From the NCBI GenBank assembly GCA_036404975.1, contig DASWYM010000547.1, positions 1 to 40,706 on the forward strand: a stretch of DNA of 40,706 nt, in the 5' to 3' direction. Origin of the DNA: Chitinophagaceae bacterium (lineage in GTDB: Bacteria; Bacteroidota; Bacteroidia; Chitinophagales; Chitinophagaceae). Shown here piece by piece: positions 8,863 to 16,460 of the stretch. The notes beneath the pieces are model-generated. The model was not told the origin of the DNA. It searched no databases and saw nothing but the letters and a program-made list of their open reading frames with translations. Numbering within the stretch: position 1 is the stretch's first letter; the number at the start of each line of letters is the position of its first letter. The position numbers and the translations under genes are program-made.

Positions 8863-9759
8863 TCAGTACCCGCTCGTCGTATAGATCTCCTCCGGTGATT
8901 TGGTAAATACGTCCTTCCACGACTCCGCCCCGTGCTTGCGCACATAGGCATCGATGATCTTGTAACCGATGTAATACCCGATGGCACCCGGCAGGCCCGG
9001 CTGCAGGTGGAAGCTCCTGTTGCGGAACTTATCGATCGTTGTCTTGTCGGCGCTGTACTTATTGTCCTCAAAGAACTGTCGAATGGCGGCATCCTGCTCC
9101 TCCACGGCTCTGAGTCCCGCCTCGGGGTAGCCCAGGTGCTCAGCCAGCGTGAAGCTCTTCTTCCAATAGAGCTGGTTCATGTACACGGCGAAGCCCTCGC
9201 CGATGATGCTGCCCAGGGCCGTGGTATCGTGGTGGGTATTCACATTGGCGTAGATCTGGTGGGTGATCTCGTGGGGAAACATCATCATGATGGCATCGTT
9301 GGACGAGTTGCTGTGGTGCGAGAGGTCGATGAACATGGTGCCGCCGGAGAGGCCGCCCAGGTTAGCCCACGCCGGACCGTAGACGACGTACCATTCCCCT
9401 TTAGGCCTATAGCCCGTAAGGGCCTCCATGCCCTTCTTCACTACATCGAACTGGCGCAGCAACTGCCCGCCGTTGATCCTGCCGTTCTTCTGGTTGAAGC
9501 CGTACAGATTGGTAAGGGCCTTGTTGGCCCAGCGCACGAAGTTCTCCTCCTCGCCCATATAGCCGGCCCAGAAAGCCTTGTAGGGCTGGTAGAGCGAATC
9601 GGCAAACACCCGGCTGCGCTCAGCGGAGTCCTTGTCCTTATAGGCATTGAACAATCTTATTTCCTTTTGCGCGATATCGATGATGCGAAAGTCCTCCGAC
9701 TGCTGGGCCCGTACGGGAGCCGATGCCAGCAACAGCGAAAAGAAGAGGAAGTGTTTCAT
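8863..9759 (-). CDS. Secreted predicted Zn-dependent protease (DUF2268-like)
   Basis: Signal peptide, HEITH zincin motif, EGFA, GYYIGY. Confidence 0.8.
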   Translation of the reverse strand: MKHFLFFSLLLASAPVRAQQSEDFRIIDIAQKEIRLFNAYKDKDSAERSRVFADSLYQPYKAFWAGYMGEEENFVRWANKALTNLYGFNQKNGRINGGQLLRQFDVVKKGMEALTGYRPKGEWYVVYGPAWANLGGLSGGTMFIDLSHHSNSSNDAIMMMFPHEITHQIYANVNTHHDTTALGSIIGEGFAVYMNQLYWKKSFTLAEHLGYPEAGLRAVEEQDAAIRQFFEDNKYSADKTTIDKFRNRSFHLQPGLPGAIGYYIGYKIIDAYVRKHGAESWKDVFTKSPEEIYTTSGY

Positions 9760-9947
9760 TGTTATCAGCTTGAGGATTGTGACAGGTGCTTTTAAAGTGC
9801 AGGCTAAAGGACGACGCCCCTCCGGGGGTCATCCTTCCCTACTTAAATATACGCCATTACGGCCATGGCGGCAACAGCGGGCAGCGGGCCCCGTAATCAT
9901 TTCGGTCCAGGAGTCCTGCCCATCCGTTGAGGGGCTCCGGGGGAGGA

Positions 9948-9975
9948 GGAATTAGGAATTGGGAACAAGGAATCA
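9948..9975. repeat. 7-bp array GGAATTA-type x4
   Basis: GGAATTA GGAATTG GGAACAA GGAATCA. Confidence 0.8.
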
Positions 9976-10035
9976 GGGGAATAATCCTGGAATTTCCCCT
10001 TATCGGAGTGCTGGTGATCAGTATTGCCTATTACT

Positions 10036-10349
10036 TTGTCATCCCGAACGCAGTGAGGGATCTGTGCTATATGCAGTCAAAGTGCTGGTGGACCATAACG
10101 ACTATTACTTTGTCATCCTGCTAAGCCCGCCTGACCGGACGGGCAGGGATCTGTGCTCAGTGCAGGCAGGCTCTTCCCCTGCAGAAGGCAGGCTGTCATC
10201 AAAGCCCTAAGGCAAGCCCCTGCACTTTCACATCCAGTCATTCAATGGCTGCCATAGATCCTTCCAGGATGACAAGGTGAGAGAGCTTACAAGTCGCAGG
10301 CAGTCATTGAACGCCTACCACAGATCCCTCCCTACGGTCGGGATGACAA
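10036..10349. repeat. Nested REP-like inverted repeat cluster (TTGTCATCC...GGATCT)
   Basis: A (10036-10066) and A' (10319-10349) are 31-bp inverted repeats with 28/31 identity. Related B (10110-10155) and B' (10253-10275) lie between them. Confidence 0.85.
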
Positions 10350-10427
10350 GGATAGAAACATTACTGGACACCGGCACCCTGACAGCAGTAGGGTTCTTTC
10401 ATTCGCACTCCCGATCTCTATTGGAAT

Positions 10428-10547
10428 GCACATCCGCACATTTCCTCATTCGCACATTTCTCTTCGTGTCTTTGTGCCTTCCTGCCCTTCGTGTTAGCAG
10501 ATCGCTTTAGCGATCGCCCACTCATCACTCATCACTCACCATTCACC
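10428..10547. repeat. Adjacent 8-, 9- and 7-bp-period arrays
   Basis: CACATTTC-like x4 (about 10429-10460), CTTCGTGTC-like (about 10462-10494), ACTCATC/ACTCACC x4 (10520-10547). Confidence 0.7.
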
Positions 10548-10551
10548 CCAC

Positions 10552-10581
10552 AAAAAAAGCCGCACGACGGGTGCAGCTTTT
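10552..10581 (-). terminator. Probable intrinsic terminator
   Basis: AAAAAAAGCCGCAC-GACGG-GTGCAGCTTTT hairpin with A/T tails. Confidence 0.7.
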
Positions 10582-10623
10582 TATATTCAATGCTGTGGCG
10601 GGCGGGTATGACCTGGATGGTAT

Positions 10624-10800
10624 CTATACCGTGGGGCAGTACGAAAGAGAGCCCCGGGAAGATCAATACAAAATGCCGGCTATAGCAATCAATCCATAAA
10701 TCCATGGTGCGGTGAGACTACCAGTAAAAAGAAGAAGGACGATTAAACCCACAACCAACAACCGTAAGTACTCATTTCTACTGTTCATTCTCTTTTCCAT
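10624..10800 (-). pseudogene. DUF2892/YgaP-like small membrane protein interrupted by an in-frame TGA
   Basis: MEKRMNSRNEYLRLLVVGLIVLLLFTGSLTAPWIYGLIAIAGILY*SSRGSLSYCPTV*. It has its own -7-like element, a TGA-N6-TCA site and a terminator. Confidence 0.55.
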
Positions 10801-10852
10801 AGGATCATGTTTTACATGGAGTAAAAATAGTTCCGTACCCACAGGTCCTGTA

Positions 10853-10864
10853 TGACTTACGTCA
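10853..10864. promoter_or_regulatory. Putative CRP/FNR-like TGA-N6-TCA site
   Basis: aTGACTTACGTCAt (5-bp arms), 23 nt upstream of -7-like TATTTTTA (10822-10829, minus strand). Confidence 0.6.
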
Positions 10865-10940
10865 TTATCCGGGCTGATTATGAGAGCTTGTCCGGGTCAT
10901 CGATTTTCTGTATATTATTGGAGGCCCTTATATTTAGTAC

Positions 10941-12521
10941 ATGAAACGGAACCTTCTCCTGGTGGCAGCCCTCCTGTGCCTCCACACTTCCTATGCCCAA
11001 GTGAGCGCCGATATCCTCATCACCAACGGCCGCATCGTGGACGGCACCGGCAACTCGTGGTTCTATGGCGACGTGGCCATCAAGGATGGCAAGGTGCTGA
11101 AGGTGGGCAAGCTGACCAACATACAAGCCAAAAAGACCATCGACGCCAAAGGCCTTATCGTGGCTCCTGGCTTTATCGATGTGCATACCCATATCGAGGG
11201 CGACGAGTTCCTCAACCCTACGGCCAACAACTTCATCCTCGACGGCGTCACCACGGTGGTGACGGGCAACTGCGGCAGCTCCAATACAGACGTGGCCCGA
11301 TACCTGGGACGCATCGACTCGCTGAAGCCCTCGGTTAATGTGGCTACCCTGGTGGGCCACAACGGGGTGCGCCGCGAAGTGATGGGCACGGCCAACCGCA
11401 CCCCCACACCGGAAGAGCAGGCACGCATGGAAGCCCTCGTGGAAGCTGCCATGAAGGGCGGGGCCGTAGGCCTAAGTACCGGACTTATTTATATCCCCGG
11501 CACTTACTCGCGCACACCGGAGATCGTGGGACTGGCCCGCGTGGCGGCCCGCTACAACGGCGTGTATGCCTCCCACATGCGCAGCGAGAGCGACAGCGTG
11601 CTGCAAGCTATTGACGAAGCGCTCACTATTGGACGGGAGACCGGCATACCGGTACAGATCTCGCACTTCAAGGTGAGTGGCCAGCAGAACTGGGGCCGCA
11701 GCCGCGAGACCTTGAATAAAGTGATAGAAGCCCGCCGCCAGGGCATCGACGTCACCATCGACCAATACCCCTACACGGCCTCCTCCACCTCGCTGAGCAC
11801 CATGCTGCCCGACGAGCTCCTCTCCGACGGGGCCGACTCGATACGGGCCCGCCTGCAGCGCCCGGAGGTGCAGAAATATGCCATAGCCTATATGCTGCGC
11901 AACCTGAAAAAGCGCAAGCTGAAGCACTTCTCCTACGCCGTGGTGGCCAGCCACCGCGCCGACTCCACCTACAACGGCAAGAGCATCGAAGAGATCAACC
12001 GCATGAAGGGACGACGACACAAGGCGAAAGAAGAAGCAGGAACCGTTATCGACCTGCAGCTGGCAGGCGGCGCCGGCATGGTATTCCACGGTATCGGCGA
12101 GGAAGACGTAAAGCGCATCATGCAGTACCCCTTCAACATGTTTGCTTCCGATGCCTCCATCCGCATCTACGGGCAGGGCGTACCGCACCCACGTGGTTAC
12201 GGCACCAATGCCCGTGTGCTGGGCCGGTATGTGCGCGACCAGGGAGTCATTTCACTGGAGGAAGCCGTGCGCCGCATGAGCTCGCTGCCCGCCCTCAAAT
12301 TCCGCCTCGAAGGCAGGGGCCTTCTGCGCGAAGGCTACAGCGCCGACGTGGTGGTGTTTGACGAGAAGGAAGTAAATGACCTGTCCACCTTCGAACACCC
12401 ACACCAATACTCCCGAGGGTTTAGATACGTATTGGTGAATGGACAGGTCGTGGTGGAGAACGGGCAACACCTCGGAACCCGTAGCGGTAAGGCGCTGCGT
12501 GGAATAGGATACAGTCTGTAG
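10941..12521 (+). CDS. N-acyl-D-amino-acid deacylase (D-aminoacylase), amidohydrolase family
   Basis: Signal peptide, PGFIDVHTH, GNCG, SHMR, ISH, ASD, HPRGYG. Confidence 0.93.
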   Translation: MKRNLLLVAALLCLHTSYAQVSADILITNGRIVDGTGNSWFYGDVAIKDGKVLKVGKLTNIQAKKTIDAKGLIVAPGFIDVHTHIEGDEFLNPTANNFILDGVTTVVTGNCGSSNTDVARYLGRIDSLKPSVNVATLVGHNGVRREVMGTANRTPTPEEQARMEALVEAAMKGGAVGLSTGLIYIPGTYSRTPEIVGLARVAARYNGVYASHMRSESDSVLQAIDEALTIGRETGIPVQISHFKVSGQQNWGRSRETLNKVIEARRQGIDVTIDQYPYTASSTSLSTMLPDELLSDGADSIRARLQRPEVQKYAIAYMLRNLKKRKLKHFSYAVVASHRADSTYNGKSIEEINRMKGRRHKAKEEAGTVIDLQLAGGAGMVFHGIGEEDVKRIMQYPFNMFASDASIRIYGQGVPHPRGYGTNARVLGRYVRDQGVISLEEAVRRMSSLPALKFRLEGRGLLREGYSADVVVFDEKEVNDLSTFEHPHQYSRGFRYVLVNGQVVVENGQHLGTRSGKALRGIGYSL

Positions 12522-12601
12522 TCGGGAGGCAGGAGTCGGGAATAAAATGGTTCCGGCTCCCGACTACAAACTATAGACTCCCGACTACAGACTGCTGCCT
12601 A
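12518..12601. repeat. Inverted 7-bp arrays between convergent genes
   Basis: GTAGTCGGGAG... facing CTCCCGA CTACAAA CTATAGA CTCCCGA CTACAGA. The 11-bp arms are perfectly complementary. Confidence 0.8.
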
Positions 12602-12877
12602 AAGGCTCGCAGCCTTCTCGGCCACTGGCAGCCCTAGTGCTACCTCCTGGTTCACTTCGAAGAACTCGTCCTTGCTCCGGTCGCCCACCGTCTTGCGCAG
12701 GAACTGGTTGACGGCCTCGGGGCTTTCGGCCTCCCAAAGGCACACCGAGCGCAGGGCGTTGGTGGAGGGGAACATGGCGTGCAGCTTCAGCTCGGCAGGG
12801 ATGTTACCGGCTTCTTTCTTTACAAGGTCCCAGAAACCATCCGGGTCAAGGATGGTGTGGTTGGCAATGATGAACAT
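12599..12877 (-). CDS. Small hypothetical protein, probable dimeric alpha+beta barrel
   Basis: 92 aa from MFIIANHTILDP, with CLWEAES motif. Confidence 0.75.
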   Translation of the reverse strand: MFIIANHTILDPDGFWDLVKKEAGNIPAELKLHAMFPSTNALRSVCLWEAESPEAVNQFLRKTVGDRSKDEFFEVNQEVALGLPVAEKAASL

Positions 12878-12986
12878 GGTCTTGATTTTATGATGATGAA
12901 ATAGGTCAATAGTATAATTCATAGTTGTATACGAGAACAGGCGCGGCCTCTTTAAACATGACCAACTGGAAGCTGGCAGCTTTCTC

Positions 12987-13718
12987 TTACATAACCTGCT
13001 TCAATAGCTCCCGGTGCCCACTTTCCACGTGCTCCTTAAAGCGCTTGTACCATTGCTGCCACTCGTCCTGCATCAGCTCACTGTTCAGGTTTCTTTCGTA
13101 TTCGGCCAAAGAGTCGAAGCCTTCTTCGAGGATCAGGCGGTAGGCATCACCGGTAAAGTCGGTGAGTACCCGCTGGGCTTTGCCCTGCGGTAGCAGGCCG
13201 GCCTTACGCCCTTCGTCGATCAGTTCCTTCACGTCGCGGTAATGGCCGAACTTCAGGTGAAAGATGTCGCGGGAAAGATAAGCCACCCTGGGTTGCGCTT
13301 CGGCGGCGCCCAGCTGCTGGCGCAGGATGTCGACCAGCATATAGATCCGCGCCTGCTGGATCAGGCCGTTCCTCAGGTCGTACGAGACGCTGATAGGCAC
13401 GTTGACCTCTTTTTGCGTGGACTTGATACCGGCGATCTCCCCGATGTGCTTTCCTTTGAAAAAGCCTTCCACCACGGCCTTGTCTTCGGTAATGACGTAG
13501 TTGGTCGTCTCGATGCGGGCATCAAAGGCCACGTGGTAGGTGAAGTGGAGCATGGCGGCCACCTCGGCCTTGCCGCGGTAGGTCTCGCCGGTACTCAGGT
13601 TACGGTACACCGCATCGTCGGCAATGTACTTCACGTCGTGGGTGGCAAAGTAGTCGAGCATGTTTTCCTGTGTACGCGTAAGGGACGCAGTTCCCTGCAT
13701 GATTTTTTCCATAAACAA
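12987..13718 (-). CDS. SnoaL-like (NTF2/ester cyclase) domain fused to a C-terminal NIPSNAP-like domain
   Basis: N-half AVVEGFFKGKHIGEIAGIKSTQKEV; C-half RDIFHLKFG...RVLTDFTG..YRLILE...SLAEYE. Confidence 0.75.
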   Translation of the reverse strand: MFMEKIMQGTASLTRTQENMLDYFATHDVKYIADDAVYRNLSTGETYRGKAEVAAMLHFTYHVAFDARIETTNYVITEDKAVVEGFFKGKHIGEIAGIKSTQKEVNVPISVSYDLRNGLIQQARIYMLVDILRQQLGAAEAQPRVAYLSRDIFHLKFGHYRDVKELIDEGRKAGLLPQGKAQRVLTDFTGDAYRLILEEGFDSLAEYERNLNSELMQDEWQQWYKRFKEHVESGHRELLKQVM

Positions 13719-13806
13719 CTGTTTTAAGCGTGAAAGAATTAGGCGTTCCAGGGAGGGGGTTCACAAAGGAGCAAGGAGCCGTATCCAGGGAGGGCGGGAA
13801 AGGAGG

Positions 13807-14190
13807 CTATTGTCCGCGCGGGCGGTTCACTTCCACCACTACCAGCCGGAGGGTGGTGGTGCCGATGTTCTTAGCGGTGTGCGCATCGGAGGGCAGCACT
13901 ACGCCCATACCAGTTTTGAAGTCCACCACCTGTTTGGTGCCGTCTTTGCCGGTGATCTCCACGCGGCCCCCTTCCAGCACATACAGGGCAAAGTCGGGGT
14001 GAAGGTGCAGGGCCGACATATCGCCGGGCTTATAGGTGGCCTCCAGCACGCGGATGCCCAGCGTATCGCTCAGCACTTTGTACATAGCGGGCGCCACTTT
14101 GTACACGTCCTGGGCGGCAGCAGAGTTATAAAGGGAAGCGGTCAGCAGGAGGGCAGCGGTCAGCACGGCTGCCCGTAAACACTTTCGCAT
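13807..14190 (-). CDS. Secreted cupin-domain protein
   Basis: Start MRKCLRAAV with signal peptide. PG...HLHP..YVLEGG and HTAKNIG cupin motifs. Confidence 0.85.
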   Translation of the reverse strand: MRKCLRAAVLTAALLLTASLYNSAAAQDVYKVAPAMYKVLSDTLGIRVLEATYKPGDMSALHLHPDFALYVLEGGRVEITGKDGTKQVVDFKTGMGVVLPSDAHTAKNIGTTTLRLVVVEVNRPRGQ

Positions 14191-14353
14191 AGTTGTCCAT
14201 TTTAAGGTGAGCAGTAGGGTGCCGGCAAAAGTGTCTCGATGGGAATACGTTCTGTGAAGGTAGGCCATTCTTTTGTTTCACGCAGCCTGCAGCATGGAAA
14301 AGCTGCCCGAATGGCGTAAATTTAGAAGACCTCCTTTTAACCAAACGTTGTTT

Positions 14354-16171
14354 ATGAAAAAGATACTGCTCCTCTGCTGTGCGATCCTCCCATCGCTTTT
14401 ATGGGCCCAAAAAACATCCCCTGCCGACAAGCGCTTCGCCGGCCTCGATGCCACCTTTACCAAGATCCTGGACGACTGGAAGGTTGCCGGCTTTGCCGTA
14501 GCCGTGGTCCAAAAGGACAAGGTAATTTATGCCCAAGGCTTTGGCTACAGGGATTACGAGAAAAAGCTGCCGGTAACGCCCAACACGCTCTTTGCCATCG
14601 GCTCGGTCACTAAGGCCTTTACCGCCTCGCTGCTGGGCCAACTGCAACAGGAAGGGAAGGTGGCACTGGACAAGCCGGCTCATCAGTACCTGCCGGGACT
14701 TAGCTTCTTTAATGATGCGATGAACAATAGCGTAACCCTGCGCCACATGATGAGCCACCAGACCGGCCTTCCGCGCCACGACATCTCGTGGTACCTGTTT
14801 CCCACCGCTTCGCGCGACACCCTGCTGCAAAGGGTGCACTACCAAGAGCCTACGGCGGGCGTTCGGGAGAAATGGCAGTACAACAACTTTATGTATATGG
14901 CCCAGGGTGTAGTGATTGAAAAGCTCACCGGCAAAAGCTGGGAGGAAAACGTAAAGGAAAAGATCTTCATTCCCCTGGGCATGACCCGCTCCAACTTCTC
15001 GGTACTGGACCTGCCCAAGAGCGATGATGCCTCGCTGGGGTATGGCCTCAGGGGCGATAGCACCATTCGTAAAGTGCCTTACTACAACATCAGCGGGATG
15101 GGGCCAGCCGGCTCTATTAACAGCAGTGTGCTGGAAATGTCCAACTGGCTGATCACCTGGATCTATGGCGGCAAATTCAGGGGCAAGGAGATATTGCCCT
15201 CCTCGTTTGTCACCGAAGCCCTTTCCCCCCAAACCCTGGTCAATGCCGGACTGCCGAGCAAGGAAAAGCCCGACATCCATTTTGCGGCCTACGGGCTGGG
15301 ATGGGGCATGAACTCCTACCGCGGGCACTACCGCGTCAACCACGGCGGGGGCATCGATGGCTTTACGTCGGTGGCCGCCCTGTTCCCCACCGACAGCATA
15401 GGCGTGATGGTGCTGACCAACCAGGAAGGCTCGCAGGTGCCTTCTATTGTCCTCAACACCATTGCCGACCGCCTGCTGGGGCTGAAGCCCTACGACTGGA
15501 ACGGCGACCTGAAAAAGGCGGCAGATAAAGCAAAGGCAGCGCAAAAGAGCGCAGCAGCAACAAAGAAAGCCATAGCGCATACCACAAAGCCTTCGCATGC
15601 ACTGGCCGATTATTCTGGTGACTATACCCACCCCGGCTACGGAACCATGACTCTTTACACCAAAGGGGACTCCCTGTTTGCCCAAACCGGTGAGCGGCAG
15701 CTTTGGTTGCGCCACAACAACTACGATGTATTTGACCCCCTGCCCTATGACCCGGCCGAAGGAGTGGACTCTGCTGGCCTGCCTATGCAAATACCCATAC
15801 AGTTCCGGCTGAACGTCAGTGGCGAAGTGGAAGGTCTTTCGGTACCCTTCGAGGCAGGGCTTCAACCGATTGTATTTAAAAAGGGAGCCAAGGTGGCCCG
15901 TGTAGCCAAAGCCGAGCTGGAGAAATACGTGGGCGAGTACGAACTGGCCGGGGCCACCGTAAAGGTTTATACCAAGGGCGAGACGTTGTACGTGTTCGTG
16001 CCTGGCCAGCCGGAATATGAGCTAGTGCCCAACGATAAAGACAAGTTTGCCCTGAAGGTAGCCTCGGGCTACTTTGTACAGTTTGCTTCCAACGGTAAAG
16101 GCGAAGTGACGGACCTGACCTTTGTACAGCCCAATGGAAACTTCAAGGCGACGAGGAAGACGGGGCCGTGA
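14354..16171 (+). CDS. Serine hydrolase (beta-lactamase/AmpC-like fold) with C-terminal DUF3471-like domains
   Basis: Signal peptide MKKILLL, SVTK (SxxK), YNN (YxN), HGG. Confidence 0.92.
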   Translation: MKKILLLCCAILPSLLWAQKTSPADKRFAGLDATFTKILDDWKVAGFAVAVVQKDKVIYAQGFGYRDYEKKLPVTPNTLFAIGSVTKAFTASLLGQLQQEGKVALDKPAHQYLPGLSFFNDAMNNSVTLRHMMSHQTGLPRHDISWYLFPTASRDTLLQRVHYQEPTAGVREKWQYNNFMYMAQGVVIEKLTGKSWEENVKEKIFIPLGMTRSNFSVLDLPKSDDASLGYGLRGDSTIRKVPYYNISGMGPAGSINSSVLEMSNWLITWIYGGKFRGKEILPSSFVTEALSPQTLVNAGLPSKEKPDIHFAAYGLGWGMNSYRGHYRVNHGGGIDGFTSVAALFPTDSIGVMVLTNQEGSQVPSIVLNTIADRLLGLKPYDWNGDLKKAADKAKAAQKSAAATKKAIAHTTKPSHALADYSGDYTHPGYGTMTLYTKGDSLFAQTGERQLWLRHNNYDVFDPLPYDPAEGVDSAGLPMQIPIQFRLNVSGEVEGLSVPFEAGLQPIVFKKGAKVARVAKAELEKYVGEYELAGATVKVYTKGETLYVFVPGQPEYELVPNDKDKFALKVASGYFVQFASNGKGEVTDLTFVQPNGNFKATRKTGP

Positions 16172-16460
16172 GGAACGCCAAACGCAAAACGTGAAAGCTG
16201 TACGCAATGAGTAATGAGAGATCAGTGATGAGTAGAAAGCCCCGTAGAAGCTACACGCGGTACGCTATAAGCTGTACGCGGAGAAGGAGTTATGGTCCGA
16301 CCGCCCCCTTCGGCTACGACTCCGGGAGGTACCAGGAGGGGGTAATCAGTGATGACCAGGTCTCTTCAATAGAACGCTTCCTTCTGTAAGACACGGCTAT
16401 AAACCATGGACCATAAATTATGGACTCCCCTCTCACGTCTCACTTTTCACGTTTCACGTC
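16168..16460. repeat. Convergent intergenic region made of several 7-bp arrays
   Basis: ACGTGAA-type arrays after both stops in opposite orientation, plus AATGAGT-, TGTACGC- and CCATGGA/CTATAAA-type arrays. Confidence 0.8.

Noticed and set aside
10663-10665. Selenocysteine codon
   Set aside because: The TGA is not at the conserved Cys position, and I cannot identify a SECIS element.
14354-16171. True beta-lactamase resistance gene
   Set aside because: The HGG triad and long C-terminal domains indicate a generic serine hydrolase or peptidase.
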